Assembly: GCA_039714175.1 (NCBI GenBank)
Contig: JBDLJV010000001.1
Location: 1 to 40,104 of the forward strand
Direction: 5' to 3'
Origin: Actinomycetota bacterium
GTDB lineage: Bacteria > Actinomycetota > Acidimicrobiia > Spongiisociales > UBA5794
DNA: 40,104 bases
Shown here: one piece after another, positions 1 through 8,187 of the stretch
Position numbering within the stretch: the first letter of the stretch is position 1
Layout: every line of letters starts with the position of its first letter
The notes under the pieces: model-generated
What the model saw: the letters and a program-made list of their open reading frames with translations, nothing else
Database searches by the model: none
What the model was told of the DNA's origin: nothing
Made by a program: the position numbers and the translations under genes

Positions 1-21
1 CAGCAAGAACAGAGAACAGAG
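1..21. repeat. Tandem heptanucleotide repeat (cagcaag/aacagag/aacagag), cut by the window edge
   Basis: Three in-phase 7-mers read directly. Same word family as 12161-12195 and the reverse complement of 37191-37232. Confidence 0.6.
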
Positions 22-54
22 ATTGTGGGGAGCGCATCGGCGCTCCCCACAATC
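21..54. other. Perfect 15-bp inverted repeat hairpin (GATTGTGGGGAGCGC-atcg-GCGCTCCCCACAATC)
   Basis: Arms 21-35 and 40-54 are exact reverse complements with a 4-nt loop. No U-tract on either strand, so this is terminator/REP-like only. Confidence 0.8.
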
Positions 55-170
55 GCGAACCCAGGGTTACAGACCCTCTCAGCGAAGGCTCCAGCCCACA
101 GAATGGTGTCCGGCTGGCGGGAACCGGCGACTGGTATGGTCGAACCGAGCCAACAGTGGGAGGAAAGACC

Positions 171-440
171 ATGGCTGACGACTTCGGGAGCGAACACGTC
201 GCAGACGGTGATGCAGAGCACAAACAGGTCGCGGTCGGTGGCATCGTCGCCATCATCGTCGCGGCAGCCTCGGCAGTCTTCATATTCCAGAACACCGACC
301 CGACACACGTCGAATTCCTCTTCGTCAATGGAGAGGTGCCTCTGTTCATCGTCATCATCGTCTCGATGGTGCTCGGCGCGCTCCTCGGATGGTTCTACGG
401 CTTCCGTCGCCGTCGTCGGAAGCGCCACAAAGCTCATTGA
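171..440 (+). CDS. Small membrane protein, LapA/DUF1049-like
   Basis: 89 aa from the ATG at 171, preceded by GGAGG (158-162). Two hydrophobic helices (VGGIVAIIVAAASAVFIF; LFIVIIVSMVLGALLGWFYGF) and a basic RRRRRKRHK tail. I trimmed the track ORF (156) to the ATG. Confidence 0.6.
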   Translation: MADDFGSEHVADGDAEHKQVAVGGIVAIIVAAASAVFIFQNTDPTHVEFLFVNGEVPLFIVIIVSMVLGALLGWFYGFRRRRRKRHKAH

Positions 441-732
441 CCGAAGCAGCTCAACAGCTAACCTCCTCGAGCGAAGCGCTCATCCAGAGCGGTGGAGGGA
501 CAGGCCCGATGAAGCCGCGGCAACCGATGTGTTCGGTGCCAATGCCTGATCGATGAGATGTCTAGAGCGGAGACCCGCTCGGGATGCGTGAGCGTTTCGA
601 GAGAGAGGAGCCGCGATGCGACAAGAAACCGATCCCTTCTGTAGTCGCCGCTGCCACGCGTCCCCCCTTGATGGGGGGACGGACGAGGCACGACCGTCAG
701 GTCGAGACCGAGTCAGGGGGGTGACTCTGCAA

Positions 733-768
733 CCCCCTCCTGGCTCGCAAGCTCGCCTGTCCTCCCAC
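733..768 (+). repeat. 36-nt dispersed repeat, copy 1 (CCCCCTCCTGGCTCGCAAGCTCGCCTGTCCTCCCAC)
   Basis: Identical to 790-825 and one mismatch from 23000-23035. Confidence 0.9.
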
Positions 769-789
769 AACGGCTCGCAGACTCACCTA

Positions 790-825
790 CCCCCTCCTGG
801 CTCGCAAGCTCGCCTGTCCTCCCAC
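790..825 (+). repeat. 36-nt dispersed repeat, copy 2
   Basis: Exact copy of 733-768, 57 nt downstream. Its 3' end forms the left arm of the 816-836 hairpin. Confidence 0.9.
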
Positions 826-836
826 GAGGGGAGGAC
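816..836 (+). promoter_or_regulatory. SD-sequestering hairpin immediately upstream of metH
   Basis: GTCCTCCC (816-823) pairs with GGGAGGAC (829-836) across a 5-nt loop. The right arm contains the GGAGG located 8 nt upstream of the metH ATG (843). Confidence 0.55.
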
Positions 837-842
837 GCAGAT

Positions 843-3800
843 ATGAGTGACTACCTCAAAGCGATCGCCGAGCGGGTCGTCGTGTTCGATGGAGCAACGG
901 GCACGTGGCTCCAGACACAGAACCTCACCGCCGAAGACTTCGGTGGGCATGACCTCGACGGATGCAACGAGATCCTCAACATCACACGCCCCGACGTCAT
1001 CGAAGCGCTCCACCGCGCCTACCTCGATGTAGGAGCCGATGTCGTTGAGACGAACACATTCGGCGCCTTCGGCGTGCCACTCGGCGAATACGACATCGCT
1101 GACCGTGATTACGAGCTCGCCGCAGCCGGAGCGTCGATCGCCCGACGGGTCACGGACGACTACGAAGGCCGCTTCGTCGCCGGCTCGATGGGTCCCGGAA
1201 CGAAGTTCCCGACACTTGGCCAGATCACCTACGCAGACCTGAGAGATCAGTACGAGGTCGAGGCCGCTGGCCTCATCGATGGAGGCGTCGACCTGATCAT
1301 CATCGAAACCCAATTCGACCTCCTCTCCGTCAAGGCTGCAGTGAACGGGGCGAGGCGAGCGATGCGCTCCTCGGGCAGGGAGGTTCCTCTCCAAACCCAG
1401 GTGACCATCGAGCTCACGGGAAGGATGCTCCCGGGAACCGAGATCGGAGCGGCGCTGACTGCCATCGAGGCGCTCGGCGTCGACGTCGTGGGAATCAACT
1501 GTGCCACCGGCCCGGTCGAGATGTACGAACCGGTTCGGCACCTCTCCCGTCACGCAACAGTGCCGATCTCGGTGATTCCGAACGCTGGCCTCCCTTCGGT
1601 TGTCGACGGTGAGATGCACTATGACCTTGGCGTCGACGAGATGGCTGACCACCTGACGACGTTCGTCAACGACTACGGCGTGAGCGTCGTCGGCGGATGC
1701 TGCGGTACGACACCTGAGTACATCGCCCACCTCGTGGATGCCGTCGGCGGCCACACACCCGCCCAACGCCATCCGACCCGTGTGCCGTCGGTCACGTCCA
1801 CCTACTCGTCGGTTCCGCTCCACCAGGACACTTCGTTCCTCATCATCGGAGAACGCACGAACGCCAACGGATCCAAGGCATTCAGAGACGCGATGCTCGC
1901 CGGAGACATCGATGCGTGCGTGGCCATCGGGGAAGGGCAGGTCGCCGAGGGTGGACATCTCGTGGATCTCTGTGTCGACTATGTCGGTCGTGACGGAGTA
2001 GAGGACATCACTCCGCTTGCCCAGCGATTCGCCACGGACATCACGGCACCTGTCGTCATCGATTCAACGGAACCGGAGGTGATGCAGGCCGCTCTCGAGA
2101 ACCTCGGCGGTCGGTGCGTGTTGAACTCTGCGAACCTCGAATCCGGTGCAGATCCCGGTTCACGCCTCGACAAGGTGTTCAAGCTCGCGAAGGAGCACGG
2201 GGCAGCGGTCATCTGCCTACTCATCGACGAACGGGGCCAAGCTCGCGACATCGAGTGGAAGATGGAGGTCGCTCACCGACTCCACGATCTGGCAACCGAC
2301 ACCCACGGACTCGACCCGACAGATCTCATCTTCGATCCACTGACATTCCCGCTGTCGACCGGGGATGACGATCTGCGGCGAGATGCCATGGAAACCATCG
2401 AAGCGATCCGTCGAATCAAGGAAGAGCTTCCGGGTGTCAGCACGGTGCTCGGTGTATCGAATGTATCGTTCGGACTCAGGCCAGCAGCACGACGGGTCCT
2501 CAACTCCGTCTTCCTCCACGAGTGTCTCGACGCGGGACTCGATGCGGCGATCATCCATGCAGGCAAGATCACTCCGCTCAACGCCATCGATCCTGAACAC
2601 GTGCAGGCCTGCACCGACCTCGTCTACGACCGGCGCACCAGCTCATACGACCCGCTTGAGGTTCTCCTCGACGCCTTCGCCGATGTCACCGATGGCAGCG
2701 CTGCTCAGGATCCCTTCGCAGGCATGGACCTGGTCGAGCGTCTCGAGCATCGGATAGTCGCCGGCAACTCGGTGGGACTCGAGGACGACCTCAACGAAGT
2801 GCTGCAAACCACGAGCGCCTTGACGATCATCAACGACGTGCTCCTGCCCGGAATGAAGACGGTGGGCGAGCTCTTCGGATCCGGAGACATGCAACTGCCC
2901 TTCGTGCTTCGCTCTGCCCAGACAATGAAGTCAGCCGTCCGCCATCTCGAGCCCCATCTCGACAAAGTCGATTCCTCCGAACGGGGCAGCATCGTGCTCG
3001 CCACGGTGTCAGGTGACGTCCACGACATCGGCAAGAACCTCGTCGACATCATCCTCACCAACAACGGCTACCGCGTCCACAACCTCGGGATCAAGGTCTC
3101 AATCGCTGAGATGATCGAAGCCTTCGAGGAACACGACGCCGATGCAATCGGGATGAGCGGGCTACTCGTCAAGAGCACGCTCATCATGCGCGAGAACCTC
3201 GACGAGCTCACGCGGCGGGGCCTGGATGATGTCCCCGTACTGCTGGGCGGCGCTGCGCTGACGCGCGGCTACGTCGAGGACGATCTCGCCCACCGCTACG
3301 GAGGCCCTCTCGTGTACGGAAAGGACGCGTTCGCCGGTCTCGACGCGATGGCATGGATCACGACAGGCGGCGATGCTCCGCAGTCGCAGCGTCGAACACT
3401 GCCCTCGGTGGACCCGTCAATGGTCGACCACGGTTCCGTGCCGAGACGTTCACCTGAGGTCACATCCGACAATCCAATCCCCCATCCTCCGTTCACCGGA
3501 TCCCGGATCGTCAAGGGAATCGAACTCGACGACATCGCTCGCTACCTGAACACGACCGCCCTGTTCAGGAACCAGTGGCAGTATCGGCCGGAAGAGGGAG
3601 AGACAAACGATGCGTTCAGGGAGCGGCTCGCCCCCGAGTTGCGCAGCGCCCTCGCCAGAGCGCGTTCCGACGATCTCCTCCAGCCGCAGGTTGTCTACGG
3701 CTACTTCCCTGTCAATGCCGACGGAGACGAACTCGTCATCTGGACGGACACGGACCGCACGCACGAGCGCACACGGTTCAGCTTCCCCAGGCAGTCCGCC

Positions 3801-4298
3801 CCTCCTTGGCTCTGCATCGCTGACTACTTCAGACCGATTGAAGCCGAACACGCAGACATTGCGGCCTTCCACATCGTGACAATGGGTTCAGCTGTTTCCG
3901 AGCGGACGGCGCAGCTGTTCAGTGAGGACCGCTACGAGGAGTACCTCAAGCTCCACGGTCTCGGTGTTGAGATGACCGAAGCGCTCGCTGAGTACTGGCA
4001 TGCTCGCATTCGTGAGGAACTCGATATCGCGGAGGGCGACGATCCCACGATCAGAGGGCTCTTCCGACAGCGGTACCGCGGAGGCAGATACTCCTGGGGC
4101 TACCCGGCCTGCCCTGATCTCGAGGACAACCTGACCGTCGCTGAACTGCTCGGGGCACACCGCATCGGGATCGAGGTTGGTGCCGGTACCGGGTTCCAGT
4201 ACCAACCCGAGCAGACAACATCAGCAATCATCTGCCACCACCCGCAGGCGAAGTACTTCATCGCAAAGAGACCCAAGGAACTCAGAGAGGGTCGCTAA
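843..4298 (+). CDS. metH: Cobalamin-dependent methionine synthase
   Basis: 1151 aa with full MetH architecture: Hcy S-methyltransferase N-terminus, pterin-binding region, B12-binding DxHxxG (DVHDIGKN) and a C-terminal AdoMet activation domain. Confidence 0.97.
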   Translation: MSDYLKAIAERVVVFDGATGTWLQTQNLTAEDFGGHDLDGCNEILNITRPDVIEALHRAYLDVGADVVETNTFGAFGVPLGEYDIADRDYELAAAGASIARRVTDDYEGRFVAGSMGPGTKFPTLGQITYADLRDQYEVEAAGLIDGGVDLIIIETQFDLLSVKAAVNGARRAMRSSGREVPLQTQVTIELTGRMLPGTEIGAALTAIEALGVDVVGINCATGPVEMYEPVRHLSRHATVPISVIPNAGLPSVVDGEMHYDLGVDEMADHLTTFVNDYGVSVVGGCCGTTPEYIAHLVDAVGGHTPAQRHPTRVPSVTSTYSSVPLHQDTSFLIIGERTNANGSKAFRDAMLAGDIDACVAIGEGQVAEGGHLVDLCVDYVGRDGVEDITPLAQRFATDITAPVVIDSTEPEVMQAALENLGGRCVLNSANLESGADPGSRLDKVFKLAKEHGAAVICLLIDERGQARDIEWKMEVAHRLHDLATDTHGLDPTDLIFDPLTFPLSTGDDDLRRDAMETIEAIRRIKEELPGVSTVLGVSNVSFGLRPAARRVLNSVFLHECLDAGLDAAIIHAGKITPLNAIDPEHVQACTDLVYDRRTSSYDPLEVLLDAFADVTDGSAAQDPFAGMDLVERLEHRIVAGNSVGLEDDLNEVLQTTSALTIINDVLLPGMKTVGELFGSGDMQLPFVLRSAQTMKSAVRHLEPHLDKVDSSERGSIVLATVSGDVHDIGKNLVDIILTNNGYRVHNLGIKVSIAEMIEAFEEHDADAIGMSGLLVKSTLIMRENLDELTRRGLDDVPVLLGGAALTRGYVEDDLAHRYGGPLVYGKDAFAGLDAMAWITTGGDAPQSQRRTLPSVDPSMVDHGSVPRRSPEVTSDNPIPHPPFTGSRIVKGIELDDIARYLNTTALFRNQWQYRPEEGETNDAFRERLAPELRSALARARSDDLLQPQVVYGYFPVNADGDELVIWTDTDRTHERTRFSFPRQSAPPWLCIADYFRPIEAEHADIAAFHIVTMGSAVSERTAQLFSEDRYEEYLKLHGLGVEMTEALAEYWHARIREELDIAEGDDPTIRGLFRQRYRGGRYSWGYPACPDLEDNLTVAELLGAHRIGIEVGAGTGFQYQPEQTTSAIICHHPQAKYFIAKRPKELREGR

Positions 4299-4314
4299 CG
4301 CTTCACCGAGGGCA

Positions 4315-4608
4315 TTGGTCGCGATCATCATCACGATCCCCCTCGCGATCACCGGACAGACCATCGTCCAGGAATCCAACAATCTTCGCAATGCTTCACA
4401 TGCCGTATCCGTGTGGCTCGGAGAGGCCTCGCTCATGCACATCAATGAGCTATCGATCGAAGACGAAGAGGTGCGGGTTCAGCTCATCGGCCCACAGCCG
4501 GGACCACCGTCATCTCTCACCCTGTCGCAGACCATCATCGTGGAAATCGGAAGACCACTGACGACGCAGATCGCGTGGATCGAGGAGCACCGCGAAATTA
4601 CCCGCTGA
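4315..4608 (+). CDS. Hypothetical small membrane-anchored protein (start uncertain)
   Basis: Frame stays open after the metH stop with a bias toward G/C at third codon positions. Contains a TM-like LVAIIITIPLAITG segment. Candidate starts are TTG 4315 or ATG near 4435. No family recognised. Confidence 0.3.
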   Translation: MVAIIITIPLAITGQTIVQESNNLRNASHAVSVWLGEASLMHINELSIEDEEVRVQLIGPQPGPPSSLTLSQTIIVEIGRPLTTQIAWIEEHREITR

Positions 4609-5167
4609 CGCCCTCGAGCCAGTCATCGGCCTGCTCCACCATGTACATGCTGACATCGTGAACCCTGTCGAGCACCTCGCACAGCGAGTCCTGTTTGAAG
4701 ACGACATCGACGAGGGACCGCTTCGCCGCACCGACAACCGATAGCAGCCTGTCCCCCTTGTCCGAGAGTGCAGCCATGGTCTCGACCGCTGACACCTCAA
4801 TCGGTAGATCGATACCGCCCATCCCCGCGAGCTCGGCAGACAGCACGATGATGTCCGGATGTCGCTGCATCGGCGGCAACGACCAGTTGAAGAAGAATGT
4901 GACCTCGTACTCACCATCGGGATCCTCAGGAATGCCGTCGGTGTCGTGGAGGGCATCTTCGAACTTCAGTAGCAATCTCGGGTCCACATCAAGCGCGATG
5001 TGGAGATCGAGCGGTCCCGCGCATGCTTCGGCAGGATGAACATCGATCTCCCAGGACTGCCGGAGCGTGTACGTCTCGACGAAGTGTCGCTCGTCGTGCA
5101 CATGGAAACCATGCTCCATTGCATGGTCCTTGAGGTAGGTGACCGTAGAAGCGAGATCGACAGCCAT
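4598..5167 (-). CDS. Hypothetical protein, translationally coupled downstream of the LiaF-like gene
   Basis: 189 aa with coding-like composition. Its start overlaps the upstream stop (TGATG). No family recognised. Confidence 0.6.
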   Translation of the reverse strand: MAVDLASTVTYLKDHAMEHGFHVHDERHFVETYTLRQSWEIDVHPAEACAGPLDLHIALDVDPRLLLKFEDALHDTDGIPEDPDGEYEVTFFFNWSLPPMQRHPDIIVLSAELAGMGGIDLPIEVSAVETMAALSDKGDRLLSVVGAAKRSLVDVVFKQDSLCEVLDRVHDVSMYMVEQADDWLEGVSG

Positions 5168-5619
5168 CAGCCAACCTCAGCAGCGTGGATCTCGATACCG
5201 CCCACTACCGCCAGAGCGTCAACAAGAAGCACCGGGGTCTGGTCCGCGTCGGCATCAGGGTCCGAGAGGTTCCCGACCCCTCCCATGAGTGACCGGGCCA
5301 TCACCTCGACACGCCAATGCGCCGGCACGATGACATCGATGCCGCCCATCACCGCTCGCAGGGTGAGGAACGCCCCTGGAGCAAGCTCGGCATCCAGCAG
5401 ATCAAGTTCGATGCCGCCCATGAACGCCGTGGCCCTGGCTTCGGTGAGCGACTGGGTCTTGCTCTCGAAGACGCGACCGCCCATGGCAGCGACGACCGAG
5501 AAGACGTCATCATTTTCATCCCCGAACTCCGGTGTCCGGTTCTTCACGACAAGCGCAGCCACAGCACTCGATGCCGTAACCGCAACGAACCAGAAGAGGA
5601 TGTTCTTGAGAGTCTTCAT
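5167..5619 (-). CDS. LiaF-like / DUF2154 (cell wall-active antibiotic response) domain membrane protein
   Basis: N-terminal TM (ILFWFVAVTASSAVAALVV) followed by repeated xMGGxxxxL/V beta-strand units (AAMGGRVF, AFMGGIELDL, AVMGGIDVIVPAHW, LMGGVGN, VVGGIEIH) typical of the LiaF C-terminal domain. Start trimmed to MKTLKN. Confidence 0.6.
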   Translation of the reverse strand: MKTLKNILFWFVAVTASSAVAALVVKNRTPEFGDENDDVFSVVAAMGGRVFESKTQSLTEARATAFMGGIELDLLDAELAPGAFLTLRAVMGGIDVIVPAHWRVEVMARSLMGGVGNLSDPDADADQTPVLLVDALAVVGGIEIHAAEVG

Positions 5620-5665
5620 GCGTTCAAGGTACCAGCGCCACAAGCTCTACCCGCCGGGATGACGA

Positions 5666-6556
5666 TCACGCGATCGGTGACGCCGGATGGCTCTCGGAGA
5701 GACCAAGTCGCTGCACGGTCGAGACCGCCACGACTACCACGATCACACCTAACCACTGGATCGGAGTGAGTGCTTGGCCGAGCATGATGGCCGCTGCGAT
5801 GGCGCCGATCGCTGGTTCGGTCGTGGCCACCACACCGACGATCCCGGACGATGCGAGACGAAGTGCAGCGAACTCGACGATGAAGGGAATGGCGGTCCCA
5901 AGCACTCCGATGAAGAGCAGATCCATCCAAGCCCTTGCTCCGATGTCCGTAGGGAAGTTCCAGATCGGGAGCACGATCAACCAGAACACGGAAGCAAAGA
6001 CGAATCCCCATGCAGCGATCTGGGCTGGCTTGAACGTCCTCCCCAGGTACTCGCCGTACAGGAGGTAGGCGGCAAATGCGAAGGCTGATACGAGACCGGA
6101 TATGACACCAAGCGCATCTGACGCTTCGAGCTGCCACGCCCGGGTCACGAGACCGACCCCGATGACGGCGAACACGGCTGCGGTCCACACGAGTGGACCG
6201 AGACGCGTTCTGTGGACCATCGCCATCCATGCAAGAACGATGATCGGTGCCAGGAACTGGAGGGTCGCACCGGGTCCAACACCGAGCGCGTCGATCGCCC
6301 AGAAGAAGGTCACGTTGACCAGAGCGAGATTCAGGCCCAACAGCACGAACTTCCAGAGTCCTCCCTCGAGTCGCAGCACTCCTCGGTGCGCGGCGTACGG
6401 AACGAGGACAGCAGCTGCCACGAGTGCCCTCGTTTGAGTGACCCTGGCCGGTGACACAACGTCGAACACACCGCCTGCCACTGCTCCCGATACACCCCAC
6501 AGGGCCGCTGCAAGCAACGTGAGCAAAGCGCCCTTGGTCGTTCGGTCCATGGCCAT
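5666..6556 (-). CDS. EamA/DMT-family transporter
   Basis: 296 aa with about 10 TM segments and two EamA-like halves (ALWGVSG... motif). Confidence 0.85.
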   Translation of the reverse strand: MAMDRTTKGALLTLLAAALWGVSGAVAGGVFDVVSPARVTQTRALVAAAVLVPYAAHRGVLRLEGGLWKFVLLGLNLALVNVTFFWAIDALGVGPGATLQFLAPIIVLAWMAMVHRTRLGPLVWTAAVFAVIGVGLVTRAWQLEASDALGVISGLVSAFAFAAYLLYGEYLGRTFKPAQIAAWGFVFASVFWLIVLPIWNFPTDIGARAWMDLLFIGVLGTAIPFIVEFAALRLASSGIVGVVATTEPAIGAIAAAIMLGQALTPIQWLGVIVVVVAVSTVQRLGLSESHPASPIA

Positions 6557-6616
6557 CCGGCGAGCCTACGGTCGGCGCTGTGGCTGTAACATCACGCGAG
6601 TTCACAGAAAGGATCC

Positions 6617-7012
6617 ATGGAACCGCAAGTCCTCTTCGTCTGCGTGCACAACGCCGGCCGATCCCAGATGGGAGCAGCGCTCCTCGAGCATCATGCAATG
6701 GGTCGCGTCCGCGTGCGCTCAGCCGGTTCTGCGCCCGGGGAGACAGTGAATCCGATGGCGGTTGCGGCTCTCGCTGAGTGGGGAATCGACATCGCCGGCC
6801 GCGAACCTCATGTACTCCGAGACGAAGAGGTTCAGGCCTCGAGCGTCGTGATCACGATGGGGTGCGGTGATGCTTGTCCGGTCTACCCGGGGAAGCGCTA
6901 CCTGGATTGGGAACTCACCGATCCCGCGGGCAAGGATCTCCCGGTGGTGCGTGAAATTCGCGACGAGATCGACCGTCGCGTCCGAGCACTCGTTTCGGAG
7001 ATTCTCGATTGA
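6617..7012 (+). CDS. arsC: Arsenate reductase, LMW-PTPase family
   Basis: 131 aa with the CX5R P-loop CVHNAGRS and downstream Cys residues (GCGDACP) typical of thiol-coupled ArsC. Confidence 0.85.
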   Translation: MEPQVLFVCVHNAGRSQMGAALLEHHAMGRVRVRSAGSAPGETVNPMAVAALAEWGIDIAGREPHVLRDEEVQASSVVITMGCGDACPVYPGKRYLDWELTDPAGKDLPVVREIRDEIDRRVRALVSEILD

Positions 7013-7049
7013 GTGCAACCAATCGGGCGATCGGATGGTTCTTTAGGGT

Positions 7050-7592
7050 ATGAAGCCGCGCGATGCCTCCGACGAGACAGAGATCAAACGGACACTCGTT
7101 TCCGACCGCGATCTCGGATTCACAATGCTCGTGCGCAGGTACCAACCCGGCATCTACTCGGGGGCACGACGATTGACCCGCCTACACGAGGACGCAGAGG
7201 AAGTCGCCCAGGACACCTTCCTGCGGGCGTACCGGGCACTCGATGGCTACAACGACACGCGGATCAGGGATCTCCGTCTCCGGGGTTGGCTGTGGACGAT
7301 TGCTCTCAACCTCTGTCGAACCAGGGCAGCTCGGCCGAGGCAGGAGCCGTCGGGAACCGACCTCGACAGATCCACAACAGATGATTCGCCAATCGACGCA
7401 CAGGCATGGAACTCACGGCTTTCCCGATTGTCCAGCGACCAACGAGCAGCGGTCGTGCTGCGTCACGTTGCCGATCTCCCGATCCGCGACATAGCTGAGG
7501 CAACGGGTCGACCCGAAGGCACCGTGAAGGCGGACATCTCCCGCGGTCTCGACAAACTTCGTGAAGCCATGGAACGAGAGGAGACACTGTGA
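7050..7592 (+). CDS. ECF-type sigma-70 family RNA polymerase sigma factor
   Basis: 180 aa. Region 2 (DAEEVAQDTFLRAYRAL...WLWTIALNLCR) and region 4 HTH (LRHVADLPIRDIAEATGRPEGTVKADISRGLDKLR). Confidence 0.9.
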   Translation: MKPRDASDETEIKRTLVSDRDLGFTMLVRRYQPGIYSGARRLTRLHEDAEEVAQDTFLRAYRALDGYNDTRIRDLRLRGWLWTIALNLCRTRAARPRQEPSGTDLDRSTTDDSPIDAQAWNSRLSRLSSDQRAAVVLRHVADLPIRDIAEATGRPEGTVKADISRGLDKLREAMEREETL

Positions 7593-8170
7593 ACAGCATG
7601 GAAGCCCAACTGGCCGGCCTCATCGAGCAGCCCCCTGCCGACCTCGAGCGAATCACCGTGACCGAAGCTGGCGCCGGAGATCTCGTTGCCACCGTCGACA
7701 GCCGGTTCGGACCGCTCTGGGTCGCCTGGAGTCGCCTCGGCGTCACCGGTCTGACACCTGTATTCGCAGTGCCAACGATCGATTCATTCCTTGAGCATCA
7801 CCGACGCGTCTCCTACGAGGCGCCCGCCCTCCCGCGGTCACTTGAGTCGGACATCACCGACGCTTTGAGCAGTGGAACGGCTGGAGGCCTCTCTCTTGAT
7901 CTGCGAGGTGTCTCGGAGTTCCAGCAGTCCGTGCTCGAGTCCTGCTCCACGATCCCGATCGGGCAGGTGCGTCCCTACGGCTGGATCGCCAAGTCAATCG
8001 ATCAACCAGGTGCAACGCGCGCCGTGGGCACGGCGCTCGGCAAGAACCCGATCCCCCTGCTCATCCCGTGCCACCGAGTGGTCAAGTCGGACGGCTCCGT
8101 CGGCAACTACGCCTTCGGTCCCGAGATGAAGCGCGACCTCCTCATCCACGAGGGCGCCATCGCCTTGTAG
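7589..8170 (+). CDS. ogt: Methylated-DNA--protein-cysteine methyltransferase (Ogt/MGMT family)
   Basis: 193 aa with the active-site PCHRV motif inside IPLLIPCHRVVKSDGSVGNYAFG. GTGA start/stop overlap with the sigma-factor gene; an alternative ATG lies at 7598. Confidence 0.85.
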   Translation: MNSMEAQLAGLIEQPPADLERITVTEAGAGDLVATVDSRFGPLWVAWSRLGVTGLTPVFAVPTIDSFLEHHRRVSYEAPALPRSLESDITDALSSGTAGGLSLDLRGVSEFQQSVLESCSTIPIGQVRPYGWIAKSIDQPGATRAVGTALGKNPIPLLIPCHRVVKSDGSVGNYAFGPEMKRDLLIHEGAIAL

Positions 8171-8187
8171 CCCGAAGCGATCAGCTT

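Noticed and set aside
56-155. GGTTCG-like words (reverse complement of CGAACCCAGG; GGTCGAACC at 139-147) as a possible tRNA or tmRNA fragment
   Set aside because: I could build no cloverleaf, acceptor stem or anticodon arm on either strand, and no T-arm stem flanks the GGTTCG words.
563-580. B12-box-like word AGAGCGGAGACCCGCT, suggesting a cobalamin riboswitch before metH
   Set aside because: It matches only about 12 of 16 positions of the remembered B12-box consensus. It forms a simple self-contained hairpin, and the GCCACUG core and surrounding conserved stems are absent. Cobalamin riboswitches typically control metE or btuB rather than metH.
616-846. 76-aa ORF containing a duplicated PPPGSQARLSSH peptide
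   Set aside because: The peptide duplication is just the translation of the 36-nt DNA repeat. A third repeat copy lies in a non-coding spacer elsewhere, and the region has no SD and no coding bias.
783-1958. 391-aa ORF antisense to metH
   Set aside because: It lies entirely inside the well-supported metH CDS on the opposite strand. It has Arg/Gly/Asp-rich low-complexity composition typical of shadow ORFs in high-GC DNA.
5616-6698. 360-aa ORF overlapping the EamA transporter gene in another frame
   Set aside because: The translation is extremely Arg/Ser/Gly-rich with no motifs. The alternative frame gives a clean 10-TM EamA protein.
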